A DNA stretch of 42,582 nucleotides from Octopus bimaculoides. Lineage: Eukaryota. The stretch covers positions 131,372,326 through 131,414,907 of the forward strand of contig NC_068981.1 in NCBI RefSeq assembly GCF_001194135.2, written 5' to 3'. The number at the start of each line of letters is the position of its first letter. Position 1 is the stretch's first letter. Under the pieces are notes generated by a model. It did not search any database, was not told the DNA's origin, and saw only the letters and a program-made list of their open reading frames with translations. Shown here piece by piece: positions 33,641 through 42,582 of this stretch. Position numbers and translations under genes: made by a program.

Positions 33641-35680
33641 TCTGTACTAAGCGGCTTTACTCTGCGTGCTTTAGCTTCATTACTATGACAACAGTTCTGA
33701 TACTTTTAGATCAGACTACGTATCATTTTGTCACTGTTACTGTCTCAAGTAAGATATATTACAAATGCATTTTTAATGACTAGATAGAAGCGAGCCAAAT
33801 TGTTCGCATCTTCGTTTTTAGACTTTATATAATTAGCAAAATTAAGCAACTACATTATCAGTTTTATGTTCGGTATATCATTCAGTACTTAGTGTTTTAC
33901 TACTCCAAGGTTTACTTCGTCTGAAACTGTTCTAAATTCTTTTATCCAATATTGGTTACTGTAATTGAACGGTATAATATATGTACGAAATGTACTGTCG
34001 GAGTCGAATCTATTGATTATATCCCTCTTTCTAAAAACCGTCCATATGTTTATTAAGTAACATTTTTCTGTAGAGTTTTTACCTAAAACATTCCACATAA
34101 ATAGGAAGTATCACCGAAGCGAGGTTTGTTGTAGTATCATATCAAGCCATCTTGCCATATTTTATAAATTACTTTGGGATATAAAGGTAATACCTATATG
34201 TTATGTCGTGGGTTTGAATATCTCGTCGCCAATGTTACGACGACGTTATGGTGCAGATTGGTGTATAAATAGTATTACCCAAATAAATATTTGGATGTGA
34301 TTATGTTCACACAGAACGTGCTCCGTACTACGCCAAGCGTAGATACGATGTTAGACAAATACAATAACCCAATACAAACGATCAACGTTGTTAACTGCCG
34401 ACAGTTCACCCAGTTTCTTTATTTTATTGAAATGCGTCAGTTCACTTTTAGTCACGTGGGGATGATCAGGATCTTTCCACAACATTATAACTATTTAGAC
34501 TTGCCATATCAATATCTCAAACAACATGAAACAGTCCATTGGGCAGTTAATCCTCCTCTACAACGGTATCTCTGAGCTTCGGTTAAACCCGACATTACCC
34601 ACGGCTAACAGAAATTACGCCTCACACTCTATTCATAGCCACATCAGTACAGTGTCTGTATAGCCAGAGCTAGTGGAGGCTTTTTCTTCCACATAACATA
34701 GCTTCTGTTAAACCTGGCGTTTCCCACGGCTAACAAAACTTTTCTAAATGTTACGAATTCAACGGGTCTAAATATGGATCGAAACCGAAATCATAATCGA
34801 AATTTTTAACATAAAATAACAAGTAGTAATGTTACGCTTTCAACAATTCTAACTGTAAATCTAAATGATACTTCAGCATAATGAAACAATATCATAAAGA
34901 TCTGTGAATTTATACATCAAAAGAGACACTTGAAAACTTAGGCCAAAGCTGTGGTACTTGTTTCGGCATTAGCAGAGACTCCATACACGTCTCTTGAGCT
35001 TAGGTGCTTGTTTATGGATGGTGTTCTTTGTTTTTAATTGGCCGCTTCTTATCAGACTCCAATGCAAGCTGCATTAACGAAAATATCTCCAACTCTCTTT
35101 CCTCCCATACTCTTCTAAATATGCACTAATGAACGTCTGTCAGAGTGTAACTCATTTTGGAGTCATGCTCGTATACTAGAATTAGTATTATTGCTATACA
35201 CACAAACATCCGAAGCTGCATCCAAAAGCATGCCGTTTAGTCGCGCAGATTGATACATATTCACTCATCAGCGCGCTACATTAACTGGCTCACACATGCG
35301 TCGCCATTTATCTCAGTACTTTTTGCCGCTGATAAAACAATTGAATTAACAATCTGACTAGCTTCAAAACCCATCCAATACACCGACATCTCTCTACAGT
35401 TATTTACCAGCATAACAGGTCATTAAAGCCAGGAAAATATCTGGTCAGTTAATGGCAGCAGAAAGTCATAAAAGTGTCATCGCCTTTTCATGCACGTACA
35501 AAAAACATGCAGACATACAAACATACACACTCCTACACACGCATATATATATANNNNNNNNNNNNNNNNNNNNNNNNNNNNNNNNNNNNNNNNNNNNNNN
35601 NNNNNNNNNNNNNNNNNNNNNNNNNNNNNNNNNNNNNNNNNNNNNNNNNNNNNNNNNNNNNNNNNNNNNNNNNNNNNNNN

Positions 35681-35718
<38 letters not shown>

Positions 35719-35879
35719 GTGTGTAAATACACAGACACATACACACAAATACATATTCATACACGTAGATATGTGTGTGTGCGTATAGATATATTGATAG
35801 ATATGTGTATATATCTATTCGCTAATCATAACATTGAAATTATTTTAATTTCGTATTTTCTTAAGAAAATTTTAGTCCA

Positions 35880-36590
35880 TCTTGTGTGTGCAGAAGTTTG
35901 TGAATGACTGATTCAACAAGGACAAAAATCTTATTGAGGACAGGTTATTATTGGAGAGATGTTCATAATTAAAACCTACTTCACTTGTGCTTCCGAGATT
36001 CTAATTTATGTTATAACTTGTTCGGGTTGTGGACATAACTATATAGGACAGACGAGTTGACTCTGAGACGGAGAACCACACTACATAAGGAACAGATCCG
36101 GTTCCCGCAATACAGACAGATTCCTTTGAGTGAACATATAGAGAGATGTGCAGATAATATCCAACCAAACTTCACAGTTTTCGCCATCTACCAGTGCAAA
36201 GAAACAATTTCTATACAAGAACGTTTAGATAAAGAAAATTTGTTCATCGAAAAATACAGAATGCGTCTAAATATGAACGCATAACCATCTTTGATCACAG
36301 TATATATTTTAATTCATAATCACATACTCATCACTGTACATATCATCTCACTACTTTAGCTTTTGAGTTTTTGTGTGTACATACTTATTTATCCCCTCCT
36401 CAAAAGATGAGCATGTACCTTCCCTGTCCCCAATAATGACGATCACCAATTACTTCCCCTTAGATTCTCCTATGTATTGAATCATTCATTCACAAACTTC
36501 TCCACACACAACATGGACTAAAATCTTAAGAAAATACGAAATTACAATAATTTCAATGTCATGATTAGCGAAAGAGAAACCGGTCGACAA
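35880..36590 (+). mobile_element. Penelope-like element 3' part: GIY-YIG endonuclease relic (to stop at 36284), 3' UTR and terminal hammerhead remnant
   Basis: FIIKTYFTCASEILIYVITCSGCGHNYIGQTS/TLRRRTTLHKEQIRFPQYRQIPLSEHIERC..ERLDKENLFIEKYRMRLN*. Confidence 0.88.
36557..36589 (+). ncRNA. Mutated minimal type I hammerhead ribozyme
   Basis: tgtc-ATGATTA-gc-gaaa-ga-GAAA-ccgg-TC-gaca: stem I tgtc/gaca, core with 2 changes from CTGATGA, GAAA tetraloop, palindromic helix III ACCGGT, GUC site. Confidence 0.6.
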
Positions 36591-36728
36591 ACACAATATA
36601 AAATATATCAAAAAATATGTTAAAACTAAGTAAGGTGTGTGCATTTTCCTTCTTTTATTTTATATATATATATATATTTCGCATTACAACTCACCACGCG
36701 GGGATAATCGAAATTCCTCCCTTTTTGA

Positions 36729-36774
<46 letters not shown>

Positions 36775-37259
36775 GTATGTATATATATATATCAATTTAT
36801 AAATTGATATATAAAAATATATATCAGAAGCGAACACGTACGTATACGAGTCCAACTGCTTGCTAGAAAGAGACGCTAATGTCTGAAAACTACCTAACAT
36901 ATCAACAAAAAAATAACACGCGTCGTACTCGTGCAAGTAAACTAAACAGATTCATGAAACGGTTCAATTACATATCAACTGATTTCAAGATTAAAGAGCA
37001 ATCCCTTTTTCTCTCATCAGTGTAATACAACCAAGTCAATGCACATAACCATGAACAAGATACATTCTTGTGGAACAGAAGAAGCTCCGTACCGTAAATA
37101 CGGTGTTCGTACTTATATACAGAATAAAAGTTCAAAATCTGGTATCGTTTATTTCAACTACGTGTTAATAACCGTATAGTTCAGTATTGAATAATTTTGG
37201 TTTGGGTGAAATGATATATTAAAAATAAATATCTTTTAATAAAAAAAGTTGAAGATGTA

Positions 37260-37480
37260 ACTAAATATATATATATATACATACATACACATACACACAC
37301 TTATAAACACGCATATACATATACGCATATACACACATATATATACATATATACACATACATGCGTATATATATATACGTATCTACATACATACACACAT
37401 ATGTATATACATATATATACATACTTATATACGCATGCATAACTTATACACTCCTCCACACGTATATACGTGTGTGCTCA
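37260..37480. repeat. Degenerate (AT)/(AC) low-complexity tract
   Basis: Directly visible. Confidence 0.85.
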
Positions 37481-37915
37481 CGCACAGCCCTACATTAGTA
37501 TACTTATATAAAAAGTATTACTATATAAAGATAGATAAGAAAGACGTAGCAGTAAGAGTAAACAAATAACAGAGTTAAGAGGTTACAACAAATATAAGAA
37601 GAGTGTCTAAGCAGGAGGCCGATGACATAATGTGATATCACTCAAAGAGTAGAGAGTTAGGAAGTTATAAACCGAATTATCATATATTTCGCTATTTATT
37701 GAGAACTGAGGTTGCAAATGCGTAAGCAGTAGGCCGATCGCCGATGACGTAATGCAACATATCACTCAAGCAATATCTAAAGGTTCAAATCTTTAAATAT
37801 TCTTTTACCTCTCAGTGGACCCTATGAAATTGTACCTAGTCATTCCTTGCGTCCTACTTGTTACTGTGCCGAGATTGTACTGAACACTATAACTATACAT
37901 ACATACATGCATACA

Positions 37916-37986
<71 letters not shown>

Positions 37987-38009
37987 TTACTAACAATACC
38001 CGTGGAAAT

Positions 38010-38400
38010 TCTATGGCCCATCATTTGGTCCAATGCTCAGCCATAGACAGCTCCATAATCGATAATAATATCCAGTGACTTCCATTTCAATCTTTTGATT
38101 AATTTCTGGGAAATCTTGTTTATTTTCTCTGGTAATGCTTTCTCTTCTAACATGGTTTCTAATTCTGGCTCGTGCAAAATATTCTTGCTTGTCATAACCA
38201 CAAATGTTTTGTCTTCTTCCTTGATTAACAATTCGCATTCTGTTTCCCTGTTAGACTCAACTTCGTCGTTCGTCATACAACACTTCCAGCTCCGTTTCTT
38301 GCTTTAATGTCATTTCTTTCTCGATTCTTTACTGACTATTCCTAATTCTTATATCTTCTTTCCAGTCTTTCCCTGTTTTCAATTGTTATATCGTCTTTGT
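38010..38400 (-). pseudogene. Decayed ORF fragment, possibly the N-terminus of a Penelope-type RT
   Basis: ..ELLIKEEDKTFVVMTSK..KINKISQKLIKRLKWKSLDII.. loosely resembles the IIIKxADKGxxVVIM motif; many stops upstream. Confidence 0.3.
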
Positions 38401-38687
38401 TTTTCCCCAGACTTTTCTTGTTTCTTCTCTGCCTCTCAGCGATTCAATTCTCTCTATTGTGCCTTATGATCATCGTCCTCTGTATACGTATCAAACTACG
38501 TTTCGGTAGTAAAATAATTTAAGAAGCACTTACTAATGGTGAGCGCACATATGTACAAACACCACAGAAACACTTTCGCACACATACATACACATATAGC
38601 TAACTGTCGTCTATGTGTGTACAGTTGTGTATGTGCGTCAATAGCGTTCGTATGTATGTGTGTATGTGCCAGTAGTGTTCGTATGAA

Positions 38688-38720
<33 letters not shown>

Positions 38721-38731
38721 ATCTCTCACTA

Positions 38732-38764
<33 letters not shown>

Positions 38765-38772
38765 ATCTCTCA

Positions 38773-38818
<46 letters not shown>

Positions 38819-39424
38819 NNNNNNNNNNNNNNNNNNNNNNNNNNNNNNNNNNNNNNNNNNNNNNNNNNNNNNNNNNNNNNNNNNNNNNNNNNNNNNNNNN
38901 NNNNNNNNNNNNNNNNNNNNNNNNNNNNNNNNNNNNNNNNNNNNNNNNNNNNNNNNNNNNNNNNNNNNNNNNNNNNNNNNNNNNNNNNNNNNNNNNNNNN
39001 NNNNNNNNNNNNNNNNNNNNNNNNNNNNNNNNNNNNNNNNNNNNNNNNNNNNNNNNNNNNNNNNNNNNNNNNNNNNNNNNNNNNNNNNNNNNNNNNNNNN
39101 NNNNNNNNNNNNNNNNNNNNNNNNNNNNNNNNNNNNNNNNNNNNNNNNNNNNNNNNNNNNNNNNNNNNNNNNNNNNNNNNNNNNNNNNNNNNNNNNNNNN
39201 NNNNNNNNNNNNNNNNNNNNNNNNNNNNNNNNNNNNNNNNNNNNNNNNNNNNNNNNNNNNNNNNNNNNNNNNNNNNNNNNNNNNNNNNNNNNNNNNNNNN
39301 NNNNNNNNNNNNNNNNNNNNNNNNNNNNNNNNNNNNNNNNNNNNNNNNNNNNNNNNNNNNNNNNNNNNNNNNNNNNNNNNNNNNNNNNNNNNNNNNNNNN
39401 NNNNNNNNNNNNNNNNNNNNNNNN

Positions 39425-39472
<48 letters not shown>

Positions 39473-39558
39473 ATATATATATATCACATTTATGTATCAC
39501 ATTTTGATTGAATCTTCCATGCGTTAACATGTACCTCCTTGCGACAATATAAACTTAC

Positions 39559-39642
39559 ATTTAATCAAGATATCCTTGGCCCGAAAATCAGCCTGCGGTA
39601 TACACATCGCTAGAGTATTTAGCACTTCTGAGGTTCCGCTCG
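39559..39642 (-). CDS. Candidate internal coding exon of an unidentified host gene (84 nt, phase 1-1): SGTSEVLNTLAMCIPQADFRAKDILIK
   Basis: Acceptor tgtttcatAG, donor GTAAGTT, length divisible by 3, only one open frame; unique sequence; protein not recognised. Confidence 0.35.
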
Positions 39643-40703
39643 CTATGAAACATATGGAGCCCGTATCTTATTTACTCCATTTCATAATATATGCCTTTTA
39701 TAGTATAGATATACACACACAAGCTGTGCCGACATAATGTAGAATAAATATAATAATAATAAAAATAATTCTTGGATGGAATTTACAAACATTTAATGCA
39801 TCGCTACGCACGTTTTTAAAAGTAACATGTCTCCTAAGATCATAGTCCATATTCCTGGCATGATTACAGCGCAGTCTGTAGTATCCGTGGGCATCTTCAT
39901 GGATTCATTTCTTCAGGCGACATAACATTAATGGATGTACAACAGGGAAGTTTATCCCTTTTTACCAGCATGACGGTTAAGCAAGTTATGTGTGTGTATC
40001 TGAGTGTATTTGGTAGGGAGGAGGAAAAGGTGATGGAAAGAGAGGAAGAAATATTAGTTATATGGGGATGGAAGTGATGTTCCGTTCTATGGTGCAACAT
40101 TTCTTATAATGGACCGGTGGATCGTATGTTCCACTCCATCATGTCTGAACCTCCAGACGATGCATTAAATGTTTATAAATTCAATCAAAGAATTATTGTT
40201 ATTATGTGTGTATGTGTGTGTGTGTGTGTGTGTGTGTATAGACACACGCGCACGCAAAAAACACACACACATACAGGGAAAGAGAGAGAGGGTGAGAACA
40301 AAATAAGCTTAGGTTAGATAACACCCACTAGTGCTCAAATGAATGTAAACTTCAACTCCAAATTCTTTATCCAGGACCAGCGCTTCGGGATCGTAAGTGG
40401 ATATAAGACCAATCCTAATCGAGATGTTATAGCGGTTGTAAGGTAAATAAACTCAGTTAGGTTTCAGACATGTATTTGCATGTAGCACAAAATACAGATT
40501 ATAAAATAAAGAAAAAAATTATGTATTTCTTTCATAATCAGTATTTTGTGTTCCATATAGATATACGTCTCGAGCCGAAGTGTGTTTTTTTTCTATATGT
40601 GTANNNNNNNNNNNNNNNNNNNNNNNNNNNNNNNNNNNNNNNNNNNNNNNNNNNNNNNNNNNNNNNNNNNNNNNNNNNNNNNNNNNNNNNNNNNNNNNNN
40701 NNN

Positions 40704-40735
<32 letters not shown>

Positions 40736-40739
40736 TTGA

Positions 40740-40980
40740 CATAGCGTGTAGCATAATTATATATAGTGTGGACTAAGAGCCCCGTTGACAGGCCAGTGGT
40801 ATTTATAAAGTGTCAAACACTTTCGGTATGCAAATTAGGGATTCCTTCATAGAGTAACTGCTGCATTTGTTGAGTATATAAACAGTTTCGCTGCTCGCTT
40901 CTCCGGAGTCTGTCAGAACGATCGAGACACCTCTGATGAAAACCCAATAAGGTTCGAAAACCGATCAAGGTTGTTCGTAA
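40740..40980 (+). mobile_element. Probable Penelope-type terminal repeat (pseudo-LTR) fragment with hammerhead remnant at 40929-40971
   Basis: gtatataaac TATA-like motif, then acct-CTGATGA-a-aacc/ggtt-c-GAAA-accgATC-a-aggt. Confidence 0.55.
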
Positions 40981-41143
40981 TTTTTTTTATTTATCAGTCT
41001 GCGGAGAAATAGCTAAAATTTTCCCTGTTTATAATTATATCATATGTTACAAAAATATATTCACATGCATAACCATATAGAATATGTGAATACTATATAA
41101 ATATAGATTATATATATACGTGTGCGTGGAGGTGTATTATATG

Positions 41144-41300
41144 CATAGGCGCAGGTGTGGCTGTGTGATAAGAAGCTTGCTTCTCAACCAGATGGTTCCG
41201 GGTTCAGTTCCACTTGGGCGTCTTCTATTATAGCATCAGGCCTACCAAATCCTTGTGCATAGATTTGGTAGACGGAAACTGAAAGAAGCCCGTCGTATAT
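41144..41300 (+). mobile_element. Family C SINE head
   Basis: cataggcgcaggtgtggctgtgtgataagaagcttgcttc..ggttccgggttcagttcc..gaagcccgtcgtata. Confidence 0.92.
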
Positions 41301-41301
41301 A

Positions 41302-42020
41302 CAAGGGTACATAAGATATTTGAGGGCAGATTTATGTTTATAAAAAGAAAAACAGATATATAATAACAGATAATAACTTTATTGAACAAAAAATGCTATG
41401 AGGATAAAAATAAACGTTCTTTTCTATAATGTTATTCAATAAAGCCACCTTCAGCTTCAACAATTGCTTCTATATGAGATCTAAATGGTCTAAATACTCG
41501 AATCAGGTGGTCCTAGTTCATTTTGGATATTACTCTGACTATGGTAGCTTTCAAAGAATCTTTGGTGTTATGGGCGTGTTCATTGACCTCTCTCTCAACA
41601 ACGCTCCACATGTTATAGTCCAATGGATTGAGATCTGGAGAATTAGGAGAGCAAATGTTAGAGGTTCTGTGATCATGAACATTTTCAGCCATCCATTCCT
41701 ATATTACTAGAGCTATGTGTGATAGTGCAGAGTCTTACTGAAACATATGGCCTTCCATTGCATACACTGTCTATCTATGACTTAACAATTATTTCCAGGA
41801 ACTCAATGCAGGCGGCAGAGTTAACTCTAAGGCCTTGCGGGAAGAAGTAAGGAGGCACACATGTCCTTCATTGCTGACAACCCCTAAACCCATAACAGTT
41901 GCAGGAAAATTTTGTATGCATAATACTTGGAACTTCAGAAGGGTCTGCACATAACCATATGTTATTTATTTTGTTAACTTTTTGATTTTGGGGTTTTTCT
42001 CGTTTGAGAACCGGTTTCTA
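41302..42020 (-). mobile_element. Second, distinct DD37D (maT) transposase relic; catalytic domain and 3' end
   Basis: FSNEKN..FPATVMGLGVVSNEGHV..PQGLRVNSAACIEFLEIIVK..Q*D-37aa-DYNMWSVVERE..FRSHIEAIVEAEGGFIE* (stop 41434-41432); terminal end lies in the TA tail of the SINE. Confidence 0.9.
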
Positions 42021-42086
42021 ACCTAGATACAAGGCTCCCTCATTGGAATTTCAACATCAATAATAGGGTATTTTTGGATTAACTGT

Positions 42087-42429
42087 CCGCTGCGGCCGCT
42101 CGTACGGCCAGGTCACATGATTTCACCTTTCCTTGGGCTTGTCGATGATACACGTCCAGCGGAGACATAGCAGCCGGTTGCCCCATCAACGATGTGTCCA
42201 ATGTCACAAATAGCTTGTGGGCATACTATTCACGTAATCTGGACGTCTATCATTGTCAAGCCCAATGGAAGACGAGATCACGTGATCTTGCAGTCCCGGC
42301 AGCTGTATCGAACAGTTGTCTCCCGTCAAAGTTATAAGCACGAGTTCTTTTATGCACCACGAATCCATATGAAGGTAAATAAAGCAGTAAAACTGTGATC
42401 TAACTGGTATTAACACTGCTTTCGTCGTT
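42087..42429. other. Unclassified ~340-bp GC-richer segment, possibly a solo LTR or other insertion
   Basis: Flanked by 9-bp direct repeats attaactgt; contains AATAAA near the right end. Confidence 0.3.
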
Positions 42430-42432
42430 ATT

Positions 42433-42484
<52 letters not shown>

Positions 42485-42582
42485 GCATATCACGTCACTA
42501 CAGCTCTACACTTGGACACCTCTACACGCATACACACCCCAACCCCTTATACAATTCTCAATAGAGGCATAGAGTCCTATAC

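Noticed and set aside
33916-34030. 115-nt minus-strand exon candidate (KRDIINRFDSDSTFRTYIIPFNYSNQYWIKEFRTVSDE)
   Set aside because: Weak pyrimidine tract, moderate donor (GTAAAC), unrecognised peptide, and phase incompatible with the 39559-39642 candidate.
96-40739. Dozens of ORFs rich in CV/HT/YI/RE/MYVC or homopolymer runs
   Set aside because: They are translations of di-, tri- and tetranucleotide microsatellites or read through N-gaps; there is no coding signal.

Overview
This is AT-rich, microsatellite-dense eukaryotic DNA with seven N-gaps. The repeat content suggests an octopus (inference from the SINE families; no database was searched). No host protein-coding gene can be identified with confidence. 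There is one plausible isolated 84-nt coding exon (39559-39642, minus strand) and a few weaker splice candidates. Almost all ORFs in the supplied track are translations of microsatellites or SINEs. The window is a layered collection of mobile-element remnants. It holds more than 25 tRNA-derived SINE copies in at least 4-5 modular families, several nested or tandem. It also holds an R4/Dong-like LINE end embedded in (ATAC)n, a decayed CR1/L2-type RT, two DD37D (maT) transposase relics, a decayed hAT transposase, MITEs of Merlin, piggyBac, Charlie and Tc1 type, two Penelope GIY-YIG fragments, several decayed hammerhead-ribozyme motifs and an old 30-bp minisatellite. The most unusual feature is at 24232-26210: a roughly 1.46-kb retroelement that encodes only an L1/Tx1-type ORF1 (RRM-like motif plus CCHC knuckle, no pol). 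It is flanked by a 13-bp target-site duplication derived from the tRNA-like head of a SINE, and a second, diverged copy sits at the same duplicated target. This suggests a HAL1-like non-autonomous element that repeatedly targets a SINE head.
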